A DNA stretch of 64,000 bases, taken from the NCBI GenBank assembly GCA_023249095.1, contig JAHFDK010000012.1, forward strand, positions 91 through 64,090, in the 5' to 3' direction. Below, piece after piece: positions 1-9,000 of the stretch (its first letter is position 1; each line of letters starts with the position of its first letter). A program made the translations under genes and the position numbers. The stretch is from Candidatus Rokuibacteriota bacterium (GTDB taxonomy: Bacteria; Methylomirabilota; Methylomirabilia; Rokubacteriales; CSP1-6). A model generated the notes under the pieces. It was not told the DNA's origin and did no database searches. It was given only the letters and a program-made list of their open reading frames with translations.

Positions 1-1411
1 TCTCGGGCGTGAAGTTGTGGTGCGCGACAAGGTGGAGACTCTCCCCATCGAACTGGAACACGGCTCCGATGTGGGCGCGACACAACCGGACCGCGCTCCG
101 TACGATCGTGTCGAACACGGGCTGCACGTCGGTGGGTGAACTGGAGATGACACGAAGGATCTCACTCGTCGCCATCTGCTGCTCAAGCGCCTCGCGGAGG
201 TCGCCGTTGCGCGCCTCCAGCTCCTTGAAGAGCCGCACGTTCTCGATGGCGATGACCGCCTGGTCGGCGAAGGTCTGCAGCAGGGCGACCTGCCGCTCGG
301 TGAAGAGTCCAGCCTCGGTGCGGCGGAGGACGATGTTGCCAATCGCGCCCCCTTCTCGCATCAAGGGGACGCTGAGTATCGACCGCCAGCCGTGGCGCCG
401 CGCGTTCACGCTACTCTCGGGAAACTCGTCGTCCTCGGTCTGCACGTCAGCGACGTGGACCGTCCGCGCGTCCAACATCGTTCGGCCGGCGACCGTCCCG
501 CGCACGATGGGGAGGGAGGTGGATTGGGGGATTGCACCATGATGGGCGACGGGGACGAGCTGGTCGTCGTCCCGGCGGAAGATGGTGGAGTCGTACGCCC
601 CGCACAGGCGGGCGGCGCTCTCCGCCACGGCGTCCATCACAGGCTGGAGATCGGTCGGCGAACTTGAGATCACGCGCAGGATCTCACTGGTCGCCGTCTG
701 CTGCTCGAGCGACTCTGTCACCTGGGCGTGAGCTTCTGTGAGCGCTTGGTTCTTTGCCTGTAATTCCGTGAAGAGGCGCACGTTCTCGATCGCGATGACG
801 GCCTGGTCGGCGAACGTCTGAAGCAGCGCAATCTCAGCAGGGGTAAAGTCACCCGGCTCGCGGCGATTAACACCGATCGCTCCGATCGGGTGCCCGTCCC
901 GCCGCATCGGCACCGCGAGCGTGCTTCGCACGCCGAGAGTGCGCGCCAGCGTGCGAGCCACTTCCGGAACGCTGACGTCCTCCATGTCGGCGATGTGAGC
1001 CAGCGTACCGGTCCGCAACGTCCCGGCGATCAAAGTTTCTGACGTGATAGGCATCGGAAACGCTGCCGCAAATTGTCTGGTGTTCATGATGTCGTCGGAA
1101 TAACAGGCGCGCAGATGGATCGATTCGTCTTCGATCAGGTACACCGCGCTGAACACCGCGTCGGTGAGCGCCGTCACACGCTCCGCGATGATGTCGAATA
1201 TCGGTTGGAGGTCGCTCGGTGAACTGCCGATGACGCGCAGGATCTCGCTCGTGGCCGTCTGCTGCTCCTGCGCGTCGGTCAGGGCTCGCTGCAGGTCCTC
1301 CTGCGACGGCGTCAGCGGGCCGCTCTCGTTTGTGCCGTTGAACGGCGCCCCACACTCCAGGCAGAACTTGGCGTGCGAGGGGTTGTCCTGCTGGCACCGG
1401 GGACACTGCAT
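1..1411 (-). CDS. Zinc-ribbon plus tandem GAF-domain signalling protein (3' end runs off the window; not in supplied ORF track)
   Basis: Hand translation from ATG (complement of 1409-1411) stays open to position 2 (470 codons). It starts MQCPRCQQDNPSHAKFCLECGAPF (CxxC..CxxC ribbon). Repeated modules then open with ATSEILRVI(G/S)SSP(S/T)D(L/V)QP at aa 53, 240 and 413, and close with LLQTFADQAVIAIENVRLF. Confidence 0.8.
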   Translation of the reverse strand, partial: MQCPRCQQDNPSHAKFCLECGAPFNGTNESGPLTPSQEDLQRALTDAQEQQTATSEILRVIGSSPSDLQPIFDIIAERVTALTDAVFSAVYLIEDESIHLRACYSDDIMNTRQFAAAFPMPITSETLIAGTLRTGTLAHIADMEDVSVPEVARTLARTLGVRSTLAVPMRRDGHPIGAIGVNRREPGDFTPAEIALLQTFADQAVIAIENVRLFTELQAKNQALTEAHAQVTESLEQQTATSEILRVISSSPTDLQPVMDAVAESAARLCGAYDSTIFRRDDDQLVPVAHHGAIPQSTSLPIVRGTVAGRTMLDARTVHVADVQTEDDEFPESSVNARRHGWRSILSVPLMREGGAIGNIVLRRTEAGLFTERQVALLQTFADQAVIAIENVRLFKELEARNGDLREALEQQMATSEILRVISSSPTDVQPVFDTIVRSAVRLCRAHIGAVFQFDGESLHLVAHHNFTPE

Positions 1412-1698
1412 GCCGCCCTCCGGAGTCTGGGCCAGTGAAGGTCAGAACCGTGGGCCGAGACTAGATTGTCACTAGCCGGTGGTCAACTGGGTGATCGCGA
1501 AGGGCCGGCCGCGACCTCCCCATGTTAGCTGAACCACCCCGCGCGCCGGATCTCGCTCCTCAGCGCCCCGGACCTCGCGGCACGCCTCGTCGTCGGGGGT
1601 GTTCTCCACGACATCGACGATATCGAACGCCACAATAAGGGAGAAGTTGTTGGGTGACGGAACCCCCTTCGCCGTATGGTGATCAGAGGGGATGCTGC

Positions 1699-2253
1699 AT
1701 GCGCGCGAGGATCCATCGCGGGGCTGCTGAGGTCGGGGGCAACTGCGTCGAAGTGAAGGCCGGCGGAAAGCGCGTTGTGCTGGATGTGGGCTGGCCGTTA
1801 ACCGCCGTTGACGGTGAGGATGTCGCGCTTCCTCGTGTCGCCGGGCTGGCGGACGGCCATGACCCGAGCCTGCTCGGCGTCGTCATCAGCCATCCACACG
1901 CGGATCACTACGGCCTGCTCCCGAAGGTCGGCGCGTCTGTTCCGGTGTACATCGGCGAATCAGCGTCGCGAATCCTCAGCGAGGCCGCGTTCTTCAGCCC
2001 GCTTGGCATCAGCCGGCAGCCGTCCGGCTACCTGCGGCACCGACAGGCCTTCGATCTCGGCCCCTTCCGGGTCACCCCGTTCCTGAACGACCACTGCGCC
2101 TTCGACGCGTACTCCCTGCTCATCGAAGCCGGCGGCCGGCGACTCTTCTACACGGGCGACATCCGGGCCCACGGCCGGAAGGGAGCGCGCCCTGCACGAC
2201 CCGGGCCTCCGTCGGGCCGGTCCATTCGTTGCGATAGACCTCGCGGGCCGTGA
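1699..2253 (+). pseudogene. Truncated MBL-fold metallo-hydrolase (N-terminal ~160 aa only)
   Basis: MRARIHRGAAEVGGNCVEVKAGGKRVVLDVGWPL...VISHPHADHYG (HxHxDH motif)...LFYTGDIRAHGRKG. After about nt 2185 the frame becomes Arg/Pro-rich junk and stops at 2253. The C-terminal half of the fold is absent. Confidence 0.6.
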
Positions 2254-2386
2254 ACGGGCTGACCAGCCGCCCGCGGGTGAGCTTGGTCGCCAGCAGCACG
2301 GCCGCCACGCGCGCCGAGTCGGTCACGGTCGCATAGAGCCGGGTTAGGGCCGGCGGACGAACCCTGCGAAGGGGACGGTCAAGACA
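2183..2386 (-). pseudogene. Orphan gene fragment of unknown function (possibly from a mobile-element protein)
   Basis: The frame open from a stop at 2387-2389 reads LYATVTDSARVAAVLLATKLTRGRLVSPFTAREVYRNEWTGPTEARVVQGAL. It then degenerates where it meets the truncated MBL gene at about 2185. There is no plausible full-length ORF. From memory the ..FTAREVYRNEWTG.. stretch resembles C-terminal regions of phage/plasmid DUF3987-type proteins (weak). Confidence 0.3.
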
Positions 2387-2432
2387 TCACAGACGGTCAC
2401 GTGCCCAGCGGCGCGCGCTCCCCCCGATGGTA

Positions 2433-3941
2433 TCAGTCGATCTCGTCCGGCCGGCTACCGGGACGCGCGGACACGGGCTTCGTGCCGCCATCGCCGGGAT
2501 GCCCGTTGCCGTTGCCGAACGTGAGCGGCGGCTTGACCTCGAACTGCCTTTCGAGGCGGTTGCGCCGCTCCTTCCACCCTTCCTGGTACTCGAGCTCGTC
2601 CTCGTGTAGCGTCGCCGGCTGCTTGATGCCGTGCGCGTGGCGGAACTGGATGGCGAGCTTCGAAGCCGTGCGACGCACCTCGTCCCAGGGCGTGCCCAGC
2701 GCGAACTGATCCGAGATGGCTCCGATCCGGCCCGTATGGATATTGCAGGAGAGCGTGATGGCCGACAGGATCGGGCCCGACCAGTACGAGGTCTGCGAGT
2801 TGATCGGCATCGGCAGGATGTGCAGGTTGTGGCTGCCGCGGCAATCGCCGGCCACCATGGGGGCGGTCGCCCACGGCGAGGTGATCTCACCGGGTGCCGG
2901 CCAGTCGCCCTGGGCGAAGGCGAGGAGCACCGGGTCGTCCTTTCCGCCGTACGAGAATCCCTTCTTGGTCTTGATGTTGTGCAGCCGCTCGGCCGAGCAG
3001 ATGTAGCCGAGCTGGTCCTTCTCGCCCTTGTCGCCTCGGGTCCAGACGCGAGCGATCACGAAGCGTGAGGAGCGCGTCAGCCCCTCGATGTCGTAGAGAT
3101 CTTCGGGCGCCCCCAGCGTGATCACCTTCTCCTGCAACCCCTTGGCGACCTCTTCCATTTTTGCGTCGAGCGCCCGCTGGTCTCGCGGGTGGGCACCCGC
3201 TTCGACCGCCTGCGCCTTGGTGTCGAGGTCCACGATCTCGAAGAGGTAGCCGCGCTTCATCTTGGAGGCGGCGATGACGAGACCGGTGTTGAAGCGGGGC
3301 AGCATGTAGGCGCCGGTCGCGTAGTGGTTGAACGCCATGGGCTCCGTCTTGTCCGCGAAGGAGACGAGTACGGTCTGCGAGGGGTTGTCCTTCCGCACCG
3401 GGAACGGCAAGGCCACCGTGGCCGGGCCCGCGCCCCGGAGATTGCCGGTGAAGGCGTCGGCCAGCAGGTCCTGGCCGGGGCCGTACAGGCCGAGCTCGGC
3501 GGCCTTGGTTGCGCCTTCCTGGAGCGCGTCCCACATGAGCTCGTCGACCACCGACATGTCCACGGTCTCGGCCATGATCCCGGTGACGGCGCAGTCGTCG
3601 CCGGTGTGGGTCACGATGAGCGAGGTGAAGATGGGCTCGCCGCGGTAGCTGTTGTTGTCGAGGACGTACTTGGCGATGATCGACTTCACCTCGTCGGCGG
3701 CGACGACGTGACCCCCGACCCCGCCGACGTCCGCCTTGGTGGCCTTGATGTACCGTTGCACGAGGGCCGGGTTCTTCGCGAAGATGTACGACTTGTACGA
3801 GAAGATGTTCGGCGTGTTGGTGACCGGGATCTTCTCGGTGACGGTCACCGGCAGTCCCGCGAGCTCGTCCTTCGACTGGTGGTACTCCGTGAACTTGAGA
3901 GGGGGCTGACCGTCCTGAGGGCCATAGCGACGCGCAGACAT
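2433..3941 (-). CDS. fbp: Fructose-1,6-bisphosphate aldolase/phosphatase (class V, archaeal-type FBPase) with N- and C-terminal extensions
   Basis: 502 aa. Family hallmarks are present: IKATKADVGGVGGH, GLYGPGQDLL, FADKTEPMAFN, GGKDDPVLL, RGSHNLHILPMP. A strong AAGGAGG SD lies 5 nt before the ATG at 3941. Confidence 0.85.
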   Translation of the reverse strand: MSARRYGPQDGQPPLKFTEYHQSKDELAGLPVTVTEKIPVTNTPNIFSYKSYIFAKNPALVQRYIKATKADVGGVGGHVVAADEVKSIIAKYVLDNNSYRGEPIFTSLIVTHTGDDCAVTGIMAETVDMSVVDELMWDALQEGATKAAELGLYGPGQDLLADAFTGNLRGAGPATVALPFPVRKDNPSQTVLVSFADKTEPMAFNHYATGAYMLPRFNTGLVIAASKMKRGYLFEIVDLDTKAQAVEAGAHPRDQRALDAKMEEVAKGLQEKVITLGAPEDLYDIEGLTRSSRFVIARVWTRGDKGEKDQLGYICSAERLHNIKTKKGFSYGGKDDPVLLAFAQGDWPAPGEITSPWATAPMVAGDCRGSHNLHILPMPINSQTSYWSGPILSAITLSCNIHTGRIGAISDQFALGTPWDEVRRTASKLAIQFRHAHGIKQPATLHEDELEYQEGWKERRNRLERQFEVKPPLTFGNGNGHPGDGGTKPVSARPGSRPDEID

Positions 3942-3980
3942 GCACGCCTCCTTGCGTGGGGTGAAAATTGGGTGCGTTCG

Positions 3981-4010
3981 AGCATAACGAGGTACACTCG
4001 GTCACGTCAA
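3981..4010 (-). promoter_or_regulatory. Candidate sigma70-type promoter for fbp
   Basis: Minus strand reads TTGACG (compl. 4005-4010), an 18-nt spacer, then TATGCT (compl. 3981-3986), about 40 nt upstream of the fbp ATG. It sits in an AT-richer 117-bp divergent spacer. Confidence 0.45.
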
Positions 4011-4014
4011 GCAA

Positions 4015-4037
4015 GAAATTTACGGAAGTGAAATTTA
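4015..4037. promoter_or_regulatory. Two 8-bp direct repeats GAAATTTA (15-bp period), candidate SorC/CggR-type operator
   Basis: GAAATTTA occurs at 4015-4022 and 4030-4037. This is just upstream of the fbp -35 on one strand and 22-44 nt before the sorC-like ATG on the other. Confidence 0.35.
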
Positions 4038-4058
4038 TTTCTGGAGGGTGACGCCGGC

Positions 4059-5054
4059 ATGAAATCGGTCTCCCTCGCCTCACGCGAGCTCCGCCAGACG
4101 GTCCACTGCCTCGAGTTGTACTACCGCCAGGGACGGAGCCAGAAGGACATCGCCCGGGCCCTCGGCGTCTCGGCGGCGACGGTCTCGCGTCTGCTCAAGC
4201 GCGCGTTCGACGAGGGCCTGGTCCGTGTCGAGCTGGATCTCCCCCGCCGCGAGCAGCTGGAAGCCGGGCTGGTGGAGCGGTTCGGTCTGCGCGACGCGGT
4301 CGTCGTCGCGGCCGGAGGGCGGGGCGACGTCAAGGAAGAGCTGGGGACCGCGGCGGCGACCTACTTCGAGAAGATCGCCGCCAACGGCCTCCGCGTGGGA
4401 CTCTCGTGTGGGTTCACGCTCTATCAGACGATTCGCCAGCTCCACGAGCGTCGCTTTCGCGACCTGGCCCTCTACCCGCTGTCCGGCGAGAGCACCCTCA
4501 AGCTCGTCGACCTGTTCCCCAATACACTGGTGGGAATGATGGCGGCCAAGTATCGGCCCCACGTGAACGCCTATGCCCTGCCCGTGCAGCATCTCGTGTC
4601 CCTGCGGGAGATCGAACGAGCGCGCCGGCGGCTCCTGCGCGATCCCGAGATTCGTATGATTTACGAGGCCGCGCAGGACGTGGACATCGCCCTGGTCGGC
4701 ATCGGGTTCATCGGCGAGCAGACGCCGGGGTTCTGCTCCCTGGCCGAGTCCTACGGCGTGAGCGTCAAGCGTCTGCGCCAGCTCGGGGTGGTGGGCGAGA
4801 TCAACTACCAGCCGTTCGACCACGAGGGCCGCATCGTGGACCGTCCGGAGCTGCGCGCGCTCATGGGGCGCGTGCTCTCGGTGGAGGGTGACCGGCTCCA
4901 GGCCCTCTCGCGCCGTGACGACCGTTACGTCGTGGCGATCGCCGGGGGCCGAGCCAAGCTCGAGGCGGTGCGCGGCGCGGTGGCCGGAAAATTCATGAAC
5001 GTGCTCGTCACCGACGAGGACGTGGCCGCCGCCCTCCTGCGGCGTGCCGCCTGA
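4059..5054 (+). CDS. SorC/CggR-family sugar-binding transcriptional regulator
   Basis: 331 aa. N-terminal HTH (RSQKDIARALGVSAATVSRLLKRAFDEGLVRVEL) plus a SorC-type sugar-phosphate-binding domain. GGAGGG SD. Divergent from fbp. Confidence 0.8.
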   Translation: MKSVSLASRELRQTVHCLELYYRQGRSQKDIARALGVSAATVSRLLKRAFDEGLVRVELDLPRREQLEAGLVERFGLRDAVVVAAGGRGDVKEELGTAAATYFEKIAANGLRVGLSCGFTLYQTIRQLHERRFRDLALYPLSGESTLKLVDLFPNTLVGMMAAKYRPHVNAYALPVQHLVSLREIERARRRLLRDPEIRMIYEAAQDVDIALVGIGFIGEQTPGFCSLAESYGVSVKRLRQLGVVGEINYQPFDHEGRIVDRPELRALMGRVLSVEGDRLQALSRRDDRYVVAIAGGRAKLEAVRGAVAGKFMNVLVTDEDVAAALLRRAA

Positions 5055-5063
5055 TCGGGTGCG

Positions 5064-6035
5064 CTATGCCCTGGCGCCCGGCACGGACGCTTCCTCGAAC
5101 GCGCCGATCCGTCTGAACTTCTCGTAGCGCTCGGCGACGAGTTCGTCGGGCGACATCGACGCGAGCGGCCGCAAGTGCTCGCGCAGCGCCTCCCGGAGGT
5201 GGCCGGCGGCGCCGTCCCAGTCGCGGTGGGCGCCGCCGACGGGCTCGGGGACGATCGCGTCGATCACGCGGAGCCGCAGGAGGTCGGGCGCGGTGATCCG
5301 CATCGACTCGGCCGCCTCGGGAGCCTTGGCGGCGTTGCCCCACAGGATCGCGGCGCATCCTTCCGGCGAGATCACGGAGTAGATCGCGTATTCGAGCATC
5401 AGCACCCGGTTGCCCATGCCGATCGCGAGCGCGCCGCCGCTGCCGCCCTCGCCCGTCACGACCGACAGGATCGGCGTGCGGAGGGCGGCCATCTCCCGGA
5501 GGTTACGCGCGATCGCCTCGGCCTGGCCGCGCTCTTCGGCGCCGAGCCCGGGGTAGGCGCCGGGCGTGTCGATGAACGTGACGACGGGCTTGGCGAACTT
5601 CTGGGCGAGGTGCATGAGCCGCAGCGCCTTGCGATAGCCCTCGGGGTGCGGCATCCCGAAGTTGCGGGCGATCTTCTCGCGCGTGTCACGGCCCTTCTGG
5701 TGGCCGATCACGACGATCCCCTGCCCTTCGAACCGGGCCAGACCGCCGACGACCGCGGCATCGTCGCCGTAGAGGCGGTCGCCGTGCAGCTCGATGAAGT
5801 CCTCGAGGAGGAGCTTCAAGAAGTCGCGCGTGTGGGGACGCTTCGGATGACGCGCGAGCTGCGTGCGCTGCCAGGCCGACAGGCTGGCGTAGGTCTTCTG
5901 GCGCAAGCGGGCGAGCCGGTCCTCGAGCTTCGCGATCTCGTCACGCGTCCTCGGCAGGTTCTCCTCGGACTGGAGGGCCGCGATCCGAGTTTCCAGCTCG
6001 AGCAGCGGCTGCTCGAAGTCAAGCGCGTCGGGCAT
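5064..6035 (-). CDS. accA: Acetyl-CoA carboxylase carboxyltransferase subunit alpha
   Basis: The conserved sequence starts at [21 protein letters not shown] (ATG compl. 6033-6035). The 66 upstream codons in the track ORF overlap the dnaE 3' end and look spurious. dnaE-accA synteny is conserved. Confidence 0.9.
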   Translation of the reverse strand: MPDALDFEQPLLELETRIAALQSEENLPRTRDEIAKLEDRLARLRQKTYASLSAWQRTQLARHPKRPHTRDFLKLLLEDFIELHGDRLYGDDAAVVGGLARFEGQGIVVIGHQKGRDTREKIARNFGMPHPEGYRKALRLMHLAQKFAKPVVTFIDTPGAYPGLGAEERGQAEAIARNLREMAALRTPILSVVTGEGGSGGALAIGMGNRVLMLEYAIYSVISPEGCAAILWGNAAKAPEAAESMRITAPDLLRLRVIDAIVPEPVGGAHRDWDGAAGHLREALREHLRPLASMSPDELVAERYEKFRRIGAFEEASVPGARA

Positions 6036-9000
6036 AGTCCACGCTGATCGCGCCGCGGCCGAGAACCGTCTCGCCCTCGGCAACAAGCTCCTGGCTGCCG
6101 TCCACGGAGAGACCCCGCGCGCGGACGACCACTTCCTGGGCGCCGAGCACCAGGTGGAGGAACACGGGGACCCGCCCGGGATGCTCGCCGCAGAGTTGCC
6201 GCACGGCGGCGAGCGCGCCGCGCGGGTCTTCACCCGGTGTCACGCGGATCCGGCAAGCGCTTGGCTCGCCGGCGGTGGCGCTGTTGCGCGGGCGCCCACC
6301 GGACTCCGCCAGCGCCTGCTCGAGGAGGCGGACGTCCTCCGCGAGCACGACCCGGCCCTTGTCACCGTCGTCCACGCGCCCCCGGACGAGCACGGCCTCG
6401 CCCGAGCGCAGACAGGCGGCCGCCGCCTTGAACGGCTCCGGAAATACCGTCACCTCGACGGCGCCGTCCATGTCCTCGAGGGTGAAGAACGCCATGCGAT
6501 TGCCGCCCTTCGTGGACGTCTCCTTGAGCCCGACGGCGTGGCCGAAGAGGACGACGCGCGCGCCGTGCCCTTTGGCGGCGAGGTCAGCGGACGTCGTGAT
6601 GCCGAGCGGCTCGACGACTTCGCGGTATCGGGCAAGGGGATGGCCAGAGATGTAGAAGCCGAGCACCTCTTTCTCAAACGCGAGGCGCTGATCCGCTTCC
6701 CATTCCGGCGTGACCGCGGCCGGCGCGCTCGCCCGGCCCGGCGCCACCGGCAAGAGCTCGAAGAAGGACGCCTGGCCCTCGGCCCGGTCCCGCTGCTGGC
6801 GCCCTCCGCTCTCGAGCGCCGCGTCGGTGGTGGCCAGGAGATGCGCGCGGGTAAGGCCGAGCGAGTCGAACGCCCCCGCCTTGACGAGGCTCTCCACGAC
6901 GCGGCGGTTCACGAGCCTGAGATCGACGCGCGCGCAGAAATCCTCGAGCGTGTGGAACAGACCCTGGTCGCTCCGCGATCTCAAGATCGACTGCATCGCC
7001 GCTTCACCGACGTTCTTGATCGCGGCCAGACCGAAGCGCACCGTGTCGCCGGCGACGCTGAACTGCACGGCCGATACGTTGACGTCGGGCGGCTCGACCC
7101 GAAGCCCCATCGCGCGGCATTCTTCGATGTACTTCACGATCTTGTCGGTGTCGCCCATCTCCGAGGTCAGCAGCGCGGCCATGAACTCGACCGGATAGTT
7201 GGCCTTGAAGTACGCCGTTTGATAGGCGACGAGCCCGTACGCCGCGGCGTGGGAGTTGTGGGCGGCGATGCCGTTCGCGATGAAGCTCCGAGCGCCCGGA
7301 ACCTCGAAGTCGTACGTCGGCTCGACGCCATCCAGGACGAACCGTTTCGGCCTCGACCAGCCCATTGACGGATCGACCAGGGCGTGCAGCGCCGGCGACT
7401 CGAGGCGTTCCGCCAGATATTCCAAGGTGTCTCGACGGATCCCCCTCTTGCGGCGATCCCTCGCGACGAGCCGGTAGGCGAGCCCCAGCGCTCTGCAGCC
7501 TGCCGTCAAAGTGGAGAAGCGCTTGAGAATCGCTTCGCGCAAGGGCTCTCGGTAGAGATCCGCCGGGACGACATCGACGGTCCCCCGCGCGAGGAGGGTT
7601 CGGGTGCTCGCATATGAGGCTCTGAGCGCGGCGAGGGCCGCCCGCTTTTCTCCCACCAGATGGCAACCGACGAGCTCGTCGAAGCGCACATGGGTCCGTC
7701 GCCCACCAATGAGATTCACCGTGTAGCCGACGCGGCGCCCGCCACGGTACGCGAAGGTCTTTCGATGGATCGTGCACGGAATGGCGAGCTTCAGGAGCAA
7801 GCGGCGAACGTCATTGGCCAGTCCCTCGGAGGATGTCGCGTAGTAGACCGACAGCGTCTTGCGATGAACGCAGCCATCCCCCTGGAACAGCTTTCCGACG
7901 AGGACCGAGATGGCATCTCGATCCCAACCGTCGACGATCACCGGGATCCGCTTGTTGACAGCGATCTTTCCTTGGAGACTACAGTCTCGGAAGAGAAAAT
8001 CGACGGCCTCCGAAGGAGTCGTCCGATCGATGCGGACGGGACGGACCGACGAAGCCTTGGGCCTCGGGCGATGCTCGATGCGTGCAACCGTGTTGGCGAA
8101 CGCCGAGACGATCAGGCTCATGTCCTCGAGTTCGTCCGAGACCGTCGAGTACAGATAGAAGTGGCTGTCGTATCCGAGGCTTCCTTCCGATAGGGCGTAG
8201 CCGAGCAGCGCGGGCAGATGCTCGGGCACCGTCGTCGCTCCGCAGGGGAGCTCACGAGCGACGGCGACAAAGTCGTGGGGAGTGACGTCCTCCGCGTTCA
8301 CCCACCCTCGTTGGGTGAAGATCGGGTGATCGGGCGTGCACCGAAGAGTCATCCCGTTGGCCAGTGTCAGGCGACCGACCTGGCGCCTGCCGCTCGGCCG
8401 GACTCCGAGCGCTCGGAATGCGCCGTCCTTCGTGAGTACGAGGTCCCCGGTCCGCACCTCGGTGATCGGCTTCAGGCTGCCGTCGGCCATCTCGATCGAG
8501 GCGTCCGAACTGAGGCATTTGTTGAAGCCGTATCCCGCGAACTTCTCCATCAGCTCCCAGACGCGCTCGGCCTTCGCGGCGGCGGTGCCGCGCTCGCGGC
8601 AGCCGCCAACGAACTTCTCGCGCTGCTTGGCCATCAGCTCGCGGTCCTTCTTGCCCATGGCGCGGCGCAGGATGTCCGCCTCGCCCATGGTGAACCCCCC
8701 CATCTCCGAGGCGATCTGCATGATCTGTTCCTGGTACACCATGATCCCGTACGTCTCCCGGGTGAACTTCTCCATCGCCGGGTGCTCGTAGGTGATCCTG
8801 GACCGGCCGTGCTTGCGCTGGATGAAGTCGGGGATGAGCTCCATCGGCCCGGGCCGGTAGAGCGAGACCATGGCGATCAGATCTTCGAGCCGCTCGGGCC
8901 GAAGACCGCGGAGCGCGTCCCGCATGCCGGACGACTCGAGCTGGAACACGCCGAACGTCTTCGCCTCGGAGAGCATCTCGTACGTCTTGGGGTCGCCCAG

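Noticed and set aside
867-1406. ORFs 9-542, 392-667, 867-1406 and 1164-1475 at the left edge.
   Set aside because: These are wrong-frame or wrong-strand overlaps of the hand-translated zinc-ribbon/GAF gene (1-1411, minus), which has clear domain repeats.
1472-1633. Possible 53-aa minus-strand ORF (GTG..TAG): VAFDIVDVVENTPDDEACREVRGAEERDPARGVVQLTWGGRGRPFAITQLTTG, in the GAF/MBL spacer.
   Set aside because: G/C-ending codons predominate and the composition is acidic and protein-like. However, it has no convincing SD, I recognise no family, and it is below the size where composition alone is persuasive. It would be worth a proteomics or ribosome-profiling check but is not reported as a feature.
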